This document shows, piece by piece, positions 7,299 through 15,637 of a stretch of DNA of 35,025 nt. The notes below the pieces were generated by a model. It did no database searches, was not told where the DNA came from, and was given only the letters and a program-made list of their open reading frames with translations. Position numbers and translations under genes: made by a program. Location: the NCBI GenBank assembly GCA_964355385.1, contig CAYHEI010000001.1, positions 1-35,025 of the forward strand. Direction: 5' to 3'. The first letter of the stretch is position 1, and every line of letters begins with the position of its first letter. This DNA is from an uncultured bacterium (GTDB lineage: Bacteria; Oederibacteriota; CAKKQC01).

Positions 7299-8324
7299 AT
7301 GGAAGTCATCCCCTCCGGTCCCGGCAACGGGGCCGTCCCCTCGTACGGACCGGTAGCGCTCAAGCCGCTCGACCGGTCCGATTGGTGGCGGTTCGCCCAC
7401 CTCAAGACCGCCAAGTCCCAGGACAATCTCCTCGCAACCAACCTCTGGCTCATCGCCCAGGCTCACTACACCCCGAACGCCACGCCCTTCGGAATTTGGG
7501 CGGACGAGCGGCCCGTCGGCCTCATGGTGGTGAAGTGGGAGCCCGACCCGCGGATCCATGAGATCACCGCGATGATGATCGCCGACTCGGAGCAGGGGAA
7601 GGGCTTCGGAACCGCCGCGATGAAGGCGGTGGCCGCCCACCTCGGCCGGGACCCGCGCACGCACGAGATTCTCGTTGCCCATGATGAAGACAATCCAGCA
7701 GCCGCAACCGCCTATCGCAAGGCCGGCTTCACACCCTGTTGGGAGCGGGGAGGCAACGTCTACCTGCGCGTCAAGGTTCGCAATCTGGACCTTCGCGCGA
7801 TCAACGCGGGCGTGCAGCCCCAGGTCGAGGTCAATCCCCCCGCCGAGGTGCGGACGTCGAACCCCGACCAGTGGCGGCCTCCGAAACGGCCGATCCACGA
7901 GGGAGGGACCGGCAGCGATTGGGTTCAGCTCTACGATTTCGCGCAGTACGCATGGCCCTGGAGTTCCCGCACCGTCAATCCCCCTCAGACCTGGAAGGGA
8001 GCGGAGCGGATGCGCGTCAGGATCACCGTTCACCCCGAAGGGGACGAACGGCCGATTCCCCCCATTCGGGCCGGTATGCTCTTTGGGGGACCCCTCCTGG
8101 ACTGCCAAAACGGAACCGCGCAACTCGTGAGCGGCTTGAACGAGCTCGTCCTGCCGTTTCGGGACGGCGGATGGGAGTGGAGAGCGGGACGCAGCAGCCT
8201 GGCCGAGTGGGGAGCGTTCTCCCTGGAAAAGATCGGACCGGTCATGTGGATCATGCTCATGCTCACCGGCGAGGGGCGGACGGATCGGGGATCCGTGCGC
8301 GTCGAGTCGGTGGCGATCGAATGA
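7299..8324 (+). CDS. GNAT family N-acetyltransferase fused to an uncharacterised C-terminal domain
   Basis: The ATG at 7299 is preceded by AAGGAGA (7284-7290). The acetyl-CoA motif is EQGKGFGTAAMKAV and the layout is diamine-acetyltransferase-like. G/C-rich third positions continue through the C-terminal extension (residues about 170-341), so the fusion is a single reading frame. Confidence 0.8.
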   Translation: MEVIPSGPGNGAVPSYGPVALKPLDRSDWWRFAHLKTAKSQDNLLATNLWLIAQAHYTPNATPFGIWADERPVGLMVVKWEPDPRIHEITAMMIADSEQGKGFGTAAMKAVAAHLGRDPRTHEILVAHDEDNPAAATAYRKAGFTPCWERGGNVYLRVKVRNLDLRAINAGVQPQVEVNPPAEVRTSNPDQWRPPKRPIHEGGTGSDWVQLYDFAQYAWPWSSRTVNPPQTWKGAERMRVRITVHPEGDERPIPPIRAGMLFGGPLLDCQNGTAQLVSGLNELVLPFRDGGWEWRAGRSSLAEWGAFSLEKIGPVMWIMLMLTGEGRTDRGSVRVESVAIE

Positions 8325-8334
8325 CCGCGGGGAG

Positions 8335-10305
8335 CTAGCGCTCCTCGGCCACCAGCATCTGATGGCCCACCACGCGGGGCACGCGGGCGGAGAGCCGGCC
8401 GTCGCGATAGGTGAAGTCCACGGCGCGCTCCTCGGGCGCCAGGTACACGCGCGCCGGTGCGCGGGACAGGCGCAGGGTCACGTCCACGTCGTGCAGCGGC
8501 TGGAGGTCCTCGATGACCTCCCGCGCACCCCGCTTCACCGGGACGGCGTGGAGCAGATGCACGACGTGGCGGCGCGGCGTACGGCCGGCGCGCGGCTGCA
8601 CGGCCAACGCCTGCACGCCCTGGACCGGAAGCGTCGTCTCGAGCGCCGGATCGGGCAGGAGGCGGCGCATCCCGTGCAGGATGATCTCCCGGAGATACGC
8701 CTGCCCCCACTCGGCGTATTGGCGGAAGGCCGGGAACGCCATGTACACGGCGTTGCGCGAAGCCGCCATCGCCGGGCCCGCCGTCACGGGCCGGTTCGGC
8801 GCGTGCTGGTGCGACGAGAAATGCTTCGGGTCACGGTTGAAGTACGGGTCCTGGCGGTCGGCCAGCATCTCGAAACCGCGCGCCTGGAACTTGCGCATCG
8901 TGCCGTAGAGGACGAAGGCCGCGGGCTCCCACGACGAGAGGCGGAAGCGGGGCACGAGGTAGCTCGGGCTGAACGCCGTCTCGCCCTGGTCCGTCACCCC
9001 GGGCAGCGGGCTGGTGCCGGTGGCCAGCACCCGTCCGCCCGCGCGCAGATACGCGCGCAGCTTCCGCAGCAGGGCGGGGTCGGGTGGCACGGCGTCCGGC
9101 AGGACCACGACCCGGTACCGCTCGAACGGCGACCGCGCGTCGAGCACGTCGAACAGCAGCTTGCCCTCCTGGAGGACGCGCAACGCGCCCGCGTCGGTGA
9201 GCGCCCCGGAGGCGCCGGGCTGGTGGCGGCCATCCTCGCCCAGCGCCGCTTCGAGCGAAAGCAGCCCCACCTCCGCCACGTTCCGGGCCCCCCGGCACCA
9301 CGGCTCCTTGCGCTCGACCTCCGCGTACGCGGCTCCGATGAGCACGTAGGTGGCGCGGTCGAGCCGCCCCCTCGGGTGCATCTGGTCGCCGACGGAGATC
9401 CGCCCCCCCGCCGCGAGGCACGCGCCCGCCTCGTAACGCAGGGCGTTGGGGTGCTTGAACCCGCCGAACTCGCCCCACGAGGTGTGGAACTTCCCCGTCA
9501 TGCCGAGGTACTCCCCGCCGAGCGTCCGGGCGTACCCCGCCGAGAGCGGGAAGTGGTCGTAGCCCCAGCCTCCCGTCGGCAGGCTCTCCAGTTCCAGATG
9601 CGTGTTGAGCCGCGCCAGCTCGCGGTCGCCCCGCACCACGTGCCCGCCGTTGTGGAAGATGCGAATCCCCCTCTTGCCCTTGCGGCGGACGGCGGCGTTG
9701 ATGCGGCGCGCGTAGGCGAGGTAGGTTTCGCGGCCCAGCGCGCGCCGCGCCTGAGCGTCGCGCGGGTCCCGGCCGCGGCGGATCAAGGCCGTGCAGCAGG
9801 CCTGGCACGCGCAATCGCGGACGCCCACGATGTCGAGGAAAACCCCGTCCGCGTCGTACCGCGCGACGACCTCCTCCGCCTGCGCCACGACGTAGTCCAG
9901 GTACGCGGAGCGCAGGCAGAATTCGTGGTACCCGGCCTCGAGCCAGGGCACCCAGGTCGTGGTGGCGTCCGGCATCCGGCGCAGCCAGTGGCTGTGCGTG
10001 CGCACCAGTTTCTCGTCGAGCCCCACGGAAAGGTAGACCGGCGTCTTCACGCCGATGGCCTTCGCCGCCTCGATCTGGGCGCCCAGCAGGTCGAACGTGA
10101 GGTGCGGATGCATCCGCCCCAGCGGCACCTTCGTCGGGTGGTAGCTCCACCCGTGGTGGCACTTCGCGAACACGGTGACCGAGTCCACGTGGCCCAGCCG
10201 GAGCATCTCCTGAAAGTGCCTCGCGTTCCACTCCGCCCCGATCCCGGGAATCTTCTCCGACGTGTGGAAGTCCAGGTGGACCTGCCGGTACCGCAGGGGC
10301 TCCAT
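8335..10305 (-). CDS. putative glycoside hydrolase (beta-galactosidase-trimerisation-domain family, GH42-like)
   Basis: 656 aa. The N-terminus MEPLRYRQVHLDFHTSEKIPGIG...CHHGWSYHPT is the hallmark opening of this family. The CDS call is firm. The substrate is unknown. Confidence 0.8.
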   Translation of the reverse strand: MEPLRYRQVHLDFHTSEKIPGIGAEWNARHFQEMLRLGHVDSVTVFAKCHHGWSYHPTKVPLGRMHPHLTFDLLGAQIEAAKAIGVKTPVYLSVGLDEKLVRTHSHWLRRMPDATTTWVPWLEAGYHEFCLRSAYLDYVVAQAEEVVARYDADGVFLDIVGVRDCACQACCTALIRRGRDPRDAQARRALGRETYLAYARRINAAVRRKGKRGIRIFHNGGHVVRGDRELARLNTHLELESLPTGGWGYDHFPLSAGYARTLGGEYLGMTGKFHTSWGEFGGFKHPNALRYEAGACLAAGGRISVGDQMHPRGRLDRATYVLIGAAYAEVERKEPWCRGARNVAEVGLLSLEAALGEDGRHQPGASGALTDAGALRVLQEGKLLFDVLDARSPFERYRVVVLPDAVPPDPALLRKLRAYLRAGGRVLATGTSPLPGVTDQGETAFSPSYLVPRFRLSSWEPAAFVLYGTMRKFQARGFEMLADRQDPYFNRDPKHFSSHQHAPNRPVTAGPAMAASRNAVYMAFPAFRQYAEWGQAYLREIILHGMRRLLPDPALETTLPVQGVQALAVQPRAGRTPRRHVVHLLHAVPVKRGAREVIEDLQPLHDVDVTLRLSRAPARVYLAPEERAVDFTYRDGRLSARVPRVVGHQMLVAEER

Positions 10306-10333
10306 CAGGCGATTGTACCCGCCGGCCGTGACA

Positions 10334-13300
10334 TCAAGGAATCGGCGGAGGGGTGGCCGCGAGCTGGCCGGCGGTCAGCGTGTGGGCGGCAAAGAGTCGC
10401 CACTCGGACCGGACGAACAGGAAACGCCCGATGGCGAAGTCGCCGTTGGTCTTCCACCGGTCCCAGGCGGCCGTGGGGCTGCGCCAGAAATCGCCGCCGG
10501 CCCCCGCGACGATGCGCGCCTGCGCCCGGTCGTCGGGGCCGCGCGGGTCGTCCAGGACGAGGCGCGCGGCGAACGTCACGACGAGTCCCCCCACGTCGGC
10601 CGGATCGAGCGTCGGCCGGGCGCCAGGCGGCCAGAAGTGGAAGTTGTGCGCCGGAAGCAGCTTGACCGCGACGCCGCCGCCGGGCTCCTTCCGGATGTCG
10701 GCGGGAATGTTCGCATCGCCCGCGAAATCCTCGCGGTAGGCGGCGCCTTCGACGGCGGTGGAGGACTGCAACCCCACCCAACGTGAATCGCTCTTGCGGA
10801 GCAGGTAGGCCCGCATGTTCCTGATGTGCACGCGGACATTGCGCGCCGGATTCCCGTCGAGCGCCTCATAGACCTGCCCCCAAGCCGTCATGGCGGTCCA
10901 GCCCGGGGGAAGCGCGTTGCCCATGCCCACGCGCGGGCGCTTCGCCCAGTCCACGCCGTCGCCCACGCCGTGCGGCCGGGCCTCGTGCGCGCCCTGCATC
11001 GCGTCCCGGAGGACGGCCCCGGCGTCCTCCGCGGATGACGGCGCGGCGGCGCGAGCGGGGCGCAACGCGAGGTCGTCGAGGTGGAACTGCACCCCGGTCT
11101 CCTTCCCCGTCGGCATGAATCCCCACCAGTCCAGCCGGGCCAGCGCGGCGCAGGGAAGGTCCGCGTGCCGCGCGGGAGGACCGCCGGCCGGGGTCACGAT
11201 CAGGTCGAACGCGGTCGCGGTGCCGAGGGCGTAGCGGAGCTCGAAGCGCGTCCAGCGCCCGGGCGCCACGCGGCCGAGCGCCCGGCCCCCCGCGGTGAGA
11301 ACGCCGGCCCCGTCCACGCGCAGCGCGGGTCCGGCGCGGTACCAGGGGTCGCTGCCGGGCGGGAGCACCTCGCGCCATTCGTGCGCCATCCCGGCGCCGG
11401 GCTCCACCTTGGCGGAGAAGCTCCCGAGGAGCGCTCCCGCGGTGAATCCGCGCGAGTAGTGCATGTGCGGGTTCCATTCGTGCGCCACGGGATCGGCCTT
11501 CACGAAGCGCAGCGCGCGCCGGCCGCTTCCCGCGTCCCCCTCCCCGACCCGCGCCGTGCCCCGGTCGTGGTCCTCGTAGGTCGAGGCGTCGGGCGTCTTC
11601 TCGCCGGGCGCGACGTCCTCGAAGTCCTCCGCAATAGGGAGTAGTTCCGCCGCGAGCCGATCGCCGGGCGGATACGCTGCGGGAGCGCCCGGCACGTTCG
11701 GCTTCTTGCCGCGCGGGCCGGCGAGCAAAGGATCGAACGGCTTGAACCCGATGCGCGCGGCGGGCGAACCGGGGCGCAGGCGGAAGTCGCCGGCACGGGG
11801 GTCCCGGAACAGGGGATCCGCGATGGTCCAGTTCGTCCCCACCCGCGGCGCGGCGGGCGCCGCCTTAAGGTCCCAGAAGAGATTGCGGTCCAGCTCGAAT
11901 CCCGTCCCGGACCAATCGCCGCCGAGCAGCGGCGCTCCGTCCGCGAGCACGAGGTTCCCTTGCAGCGTAAACGACCGGTGCGGCTCGGCGCGGGTCCGGA
12001 TGAGCTGGGCCTCCCGGGCCAGCGCGAAGATGTTGTTCCGCACGACGTTGTCCCGCCCGTAGTGCTGATGGAAGCCCCCGCTCTTGGTGCGATAGACCAG
12101 ATTGCCCTCCGCGACGACCCCGGTCGAGCCCTCGTCGAAGTAGATCCCCCAGCCGCCGTAGTCGTTGGAGTCCACGTCGGAGATCACGTTGCCGACGACC
12201 ACCGTCCCCGGCGCGATCCCGAGCGTGTAGACGCCGCCCATGTCCGTGAGCACCCGCTGGCCGATAGCGTCGATCCGGTTGAACGCGATCCGGTTATGAT
12301 GCGCGCCCGACTCGCCGTACCCCCAGCTCCAGCCCACGGACACGCCGGTGTAGTAGAAGTCGTGGATGGCGTTGTGCTCGATCGTGTTGTTCGATGCGTG
12401 ACCGATCCACACCCCCACGGCGGCGGGATGCACCCGCCCGCCATGGGCGATCACGCAGTCGCGGACGGCGATGCCGGAGGCGGCGTTCGGGCTCCGGTCC
12501 ATCGTGCCGATCTTCACGCCCCCCGCGCCCAAGTCGTGCAGCGCGCAGCGCTCCACCGCGTCGTCCCGGCAACCGTCACCCCACGCGACGGCGTACTCGC
12601 CGGTGTGCGCGATCTCGCATTCCTCAAACGCGCAGCTCCGCGCCCCCTGAGCGGTGATGGCCGCGCCGAGCGCGGATTCCGCCTGGACGCAGCTGTAGCC
12701 TTCCGGCGGCACGCCGTACCCGGTGTGGGCGAACGCGAGCCCCCGGAACGTGAGGTGTTCCACCCAGCGCCCACCGGCGACGTCACCGCGAAGCGCGACG
12801 AGGTGTTCCAGCCGGGGTGCAACGACGTCCGCCGCGGAGGAGGACTCGCCGGGGCGGGGCAGGTACGTCACGGTGGCGGTCCGAGGATCGAGCCGCCACT
12901 CGCCCGGCTCCGTCAGCGCCTCCGCGACGTTTTCCAAGAGGTACCGACGGCCACGGCGCACGTCTCCCCACTCCTCGCGCGTCGCGGTGGGACCCGTGAA
13001 GGAGATGATGCCGCGGTCACGGTCCACCGCCTTCACCCGCATCCGCGACATGAACCAGTTGTGGAAGATCAGCGCTTCCACCTCCTCCGGGTGCGCAAGC
13101 TGTGGCGGCAGGTCGCCCGGCGCGGCGGCGATGCGGTCGAATCCCTTCCCCGCGGCTTCGGGTGAGGGCGCGAGGCCGTGCGGAATATGGAAGTAGCCCT
13201 GCTTCGGCAGGCGCGGGCGGAAACGTCGCGCACCATTCACGAAGAGCTGGGCGAACGTCCAGCCCGGCTCCACCCGGGCGGTCCACCGCCCGCCCTCATC

Positions 13301-13630
13301 CCGCCAACTGCCGATGCGCCGCCCCCCGCTCAGGACCGCGCGCTCCCCCGGCCACGCCGCGTAGATCACCGGTGCGGCCACGGTGCCGGAGTCCTCGGGT
13401 CCGAAGACCACCGGCGAGTCCAGCTCGTAAACGCCGCCGCGCAGCAGCACGGTCACGGGCCGCCGCCGTCCGGGCTCCCGCGCCTTGAGCGCGCGCACCG
13501 CATCCCGCGCCTGCGCGAGGGTCGCCACCGGCCCGCCGGGTGCCACCACCAGGTCAGCGACAGGCGTCGCCTGCGCCAAGGAGGCCGCCAGCACGAGCGG
13601 CTCGAAACTGCATATCCATGTCAACGTCAT
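10334..13630 (-). CDS. secreted right-handed parallel beta-helix repeat protein (1098 aa) with additional C-terminal domains
   Basis: It has a signal-like N-terminus (MTLTWICSFEPLVLAASLAQA). The beta-helix repeat signature is NNTIEHNAIHDFYYTGVSVGWSWGY. It is co-directional with the downstream glycosidase across a 28-nt gap. Confidence 0.85.
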   Translation of the reverse strand: MTLTWICSFEPLVLAASLAQATPVADLVVAPGGPVATLAQARDAVRALKAREPGRRRPVTVLLRGGVYELDSPVVFGPEDSGTVAAPVIYAAWPGERAVLSGGRRIGSWRDEGGRWTARVEPGWTFAQLFVNGARRFRPRLPKQGYFHIPHGLAPSPEAAGKGFDRIAAAPGDLPPQLAHPEEVEALIFHNWFMSRMRVKAVDRDRGIISFTGPTATREEWGDVRRGRRYLLENVAEALTEPGEWRLDPRTATVTYLPRPGESSSAADVVAPRLEHLVALRGDVAGGRWVEHLTFRGLAFAHTGYGVPPEGYSCVQAESALGAAITAQGARSCAFEECEIAHTGEYAVAWGDGCRDDAVERCALHDLGAGGVKIGTMDRSPNAASGIAVRDCVIAHGGRVHPAAVGVWIGHASNNTIEHNAIHDFYYTGVSVGWSWGYGESGAHHNRIAFNRIDAIGQRVLTDMGGVYTLGIAPGTVVVGNVISDVDSNDYGGWGIYFDEGSTGVVAEGNLVYRTKSGGFHQHYGRDNVVRNNIFALAREAQLIRTRAEPHRSFTLQGNLVLADGAPLLGGDWSGTGFELDRNLFWDLKAAPAAPRVGTNWTIADPLFRDPRAGDFRLRPGSPAARIGFKPFDPLLAGPRGKKPNVPGAPAAYPPGDRLAAELLPIAEDFEDVAPGEKTPDASTYEDHDRGTARVGEGDAGSGRRALRFVKADPVAHEWNPHMHYSRGFTAGALLGSFSAKVEPGAGMAHEWREVLPPGSDPWYRAGPALRVDGAGVLTAGGRALGRVAPGRWTRFELRYALGTATAFDLIVTPAGGPPARHADLPCAALARLDWWGFMPTGKETGVQFHLDDLALRPARAAAPSSAEDAGAVLRDAMQGAHEARPHGVGDGVDWAKRPRVGMGNALPPGWTAMTAWGQVYEALDGNPARNVRVHIRNMRAYLLRKSDSRWVGLQSSTAVEGAAYREDFAGDANIPADIRKEPGGGVAVKLLPAHNFHFWPPGARPTLDPADVGGLVVTFAARLVLDDPRGPDDRAQARIVAGAGGDFWRSPTAAWDRWKTNGDFAIGRFLFVRSEWRLFAAHTLTAGQLAATPPPIP

Positions 13631-13659
13631 CCCATGGAGATATCGTTGAGGCGACCGCT

Positions 13660-13902
13660 TCAGAGCGGCTGCCCTTTCGCGGATTGGTCACGGAGCAGAA
13701 ACGTCTTCGGATATCTACCCTCTTCACAAATCTTGAAGGATTCGAAATCCTTGTACCAGGGGCCGTCAGGCGCCTCCGGTTTCGACTCCCGCCAGGCCTT
13801 CAGCCTCCAGAGATCCCGGGCCTCGATCTTCCGTTCACGCAGGCGCTCGAACAGGTGATCGCGCAACGCGATCGGCAGGTCCGTCCTCTGGATTGTCGGC
13901 AT
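13660..13902 (-). CDS. hypothetical 80-aa protein, candidate toxin partner of the RHH protein
   Basis: The ATG shares 1 nt with the upstream TGA (TGATG). The region is lower in G+C. No family is recognised by eye (MPTIQRTDLPIALRDHLFERLRERKIEARDLWRLKAWRESKPEAPDGPWYKDFESFKICEEGRYPKTFLL...). Confidence 0.6.
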   Translation of the reverse strand: MPTIQRTDLPIALRDHLFERLRERKIEARDLWRLKAWRESKPEAPDGPWYKDFESFKICEEGRYPKTFLLRDQSAKGQPL

Positions 13903-14159
13903 CAGCCGCCGAAGGTGAGACGGGCCAAGTCTTCCTTGAGACGGGCTTGTTGAGCCGGGTTCTTCGACCGCGCCAGCCGATCGGCCAAATCCATGAAGCG
14001 CTTCTTCTCGTTGGCCTTGGATTCCAAGCCGCGGTCGATCAACTCGACCAGGACGCGGCTCGCGGTTGTGCGACCCGCCTTCGCCAAGGTGCGGACACGT
14101 TGGGCGACACGGGATGGCAGCGTCACGCTTTGCCGAACGACCTTTTCGGTGGTGGGCAT
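13902..14159 (-). CDS. ribbon-helix-helix (CopG-like) protein, candidate antitoxin/repressor
   Basis: 85 aa. The N-terminal beta-strand-helix-helix pattern is QSVTLPSRVAQRVRTLAKAGRTTASRVLVELIDRGL, and the tail is charged and helical. Confidence 0.7.
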   Translation of the reverse strand: MPTTEKVVRQSVTLPSRVAQRVRTLAKAGRTTASRVLVELIDRGLESKANEKKRFMDLADRLARSKNPAQQARLKEDLARLTFGG

Positions 14160-14165
14160 GTCACC

Positions 14166-14192
14166 AATCTACACCACTTCGCACAACTGTGC
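14166..14192 (-). promoter_or_regulatory. -10 box plus palindromic operator candidate upstream of the RHH gene
   Basis: The minus strand reads GCACAGTTGTGC (palindrome, 14181-14192) ... TAGATT (14166-14171) - GGTGAC - ATG (14159). There is no SD. Confidence 0.35.
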
Positions 14193-14236
14193 ACCTATCA
14201 ATCCGAGCGGGGCAGCCCTCCAGCGAGCCGCCCGCG

Positions 14237-15637
14237 TCATCGTTCCCGGATCTTGAGATGGCGGACGTCCAGGTATTCCCACAACGCGTCCCGCCCGAGC
14301 TCCAGCCCGAACCCGCTTTCCTTCCACCCCTGGTAGGGGCCGTGCGCCGTGTTCACCGCGCCGTGGTTCACGCAGACCGTGCCCGCCTCGAGCCGGTCGG
14401 CCAGCTTCGCGGCCCCGCCGGTATCCCGCGTGAAGATATATGAAACGAGCCCATATGGCGTGTCGTTGGCGAGCCGCACCGCCTCGTCGAGGTCGTCGTA
14501 TACGGCGAACGGGGCGACCGGACCGAACGTTTCTTCCCGGCTCAGCCGCATGCCGGGAGTCAGGTCCGTCAGCACCGTCGGCTGGTAGTACCAGCCCCGC
14601 GCGAACCGCTCGCCCGCCGGCGGCGCGCCGCCGCACACGACGACGGCCCCCTGCGCCACGGCGTCCGCGACGTGCGCCGCGACCTTCTCCCGCCCCGCGC
14701 GCGTCGCCATCGGCCCCAGGTCCACCGCCGGGTCCGTCACCCCGTCGCCGATCGTGAGCTTCGCCGCGGCGGCCGCGGTCCGCGCGACCAGCGCATCGTG
14801 CACGCTCCGGTGGGCGTAGATCCGGTTGATCGAGGAGCAGGACTGCCCCATGTTGCGGAACGCCTTGTACGCGATCACCTCCGCGGCCAGGTCCAGGTCC
14901 GCGTCCGGCAGCACCAGCGCCGGGCAGTGCCCGCCGAGCTCGAGGCTGATCCGCTTGAGCGTCGGACCGAACGACCGCATGATCGCCTTGCCGGTCGCGG
15001 TGGACCCGGTCATCGCGACCTTGTCCACGAGCGGGTGCGCGAGCAGCGCTTCCCCCACGTCCGCCCCCTCGCCGGACACCGTCCCGATCAGGCCGGGGGG
15101 CAACCCGCCCGCCGCCAGCGCCTCCGCGAACGCGATCGTGCACAGCGGCGAGACCGGCGACGGCTTCACGACGGCTGCGCAGCCCGCCGCCAGCGCGGGC
15201 CCGAGTTTCCAGGACAGCAGCGCGACGGGATAGTTCCACGGCACGATGAGCGCGGCCACCCCGACCGGGCGGTACGTGACCAGCGACCGGTATTCCGCCT
15301 TCTCCGTCGGGATGATCCGGCCCTCGAGGCGGGGCCCCTCGGCGGCGTAAAAATCGATGAGGTCGCACGACGCGCCGACCTCCGCGACGGACTGGGCGAG
15401 CGGCTTGCCCGTTTCCCGCGCCATCAAGAGGCCGATCGCGGGCGCCTGCGCCCGGCCCGCCGCGGTCGCCTTCCGGGTCGCGGACTCCCGCGCGTACACC
15501 GTCAGCGCGGCCCCGCGTTCCTGGGCCGCCTTCGCCGCCCGGACCGCCCGGTCGATCTCCGCCGGGCCGGAGCGCGGCGCGGCGCCCACGACCTCGCCGG
15601 TCGCGGGCGAGCGGACCTCGAACGGCGCGGCGCTCAT
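14237..15637 (-). CDS. NAD(P)-dependent aldehyde dehydrogenase
   Basis: 466 aa. ALDH motifs are VPWNYP, ELGGH and the catalytic Cys in GQSCSS. The start overlaps the upstream stop (ATGA). Confidence 0.92.
   Translation of the reverse strand: MSAAPFEVRSPATGEVVGAAPRSGPAEIDRAVRAAKAAQERGAALTVYARESATRKATAAGRAQAPAIGLLMARETGKPLAQSVAEVGASCDLIDFYAAEGPRLEGRIIPTEKAEYRSLVTYRPVGVAALIVPWNYPVALLSWKLGPALAAGCAAVVKPSPVSPLCTIAFAEALAAGGLPPGLIGTVSGEGADVGEALLAHPLVDKVAMTGSTATGKAIMRSFGPTLKRISLELGGHCPALVLPDADLDLAAEVIAYKAFRNMGQSCSSINRIYAHRSVHDALVARTAAAAAKLTIGDGVTDPAVDLGPMATRAGREKVAAHVADAVAQGAVVVCGGAPPAGERFARGWYYQPTVLTDLTPGMRLSREETFGPVAPFAVYDDLDEAVRLANDTPYGLVSYIFTRDTGGAAKLADRLEAGTVCVNHGAVNTAHGPYQGWKESGFGLELGRDALWEYLDVRHLKIRER

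Noticed and set aside
6609-8123. 504-aa minus-strand ORF antisense to the PIN and GNAT genes
   Set aside because: It has a low-complexity composition and no motifs. The plus-strand genes have PIN and GNAT signatures and an SD.
8362-10665. 767-aa plus-strand ORF antisense to the glycosidase and beta-helix genes
   Set aside because: It has an Arg/Pro/Gly/Ala-dominated low-complexity translation with no motifs. This is the expected shadow ORF of a very G+C-rich gene, and the opposite-strand product has clear family signatures.
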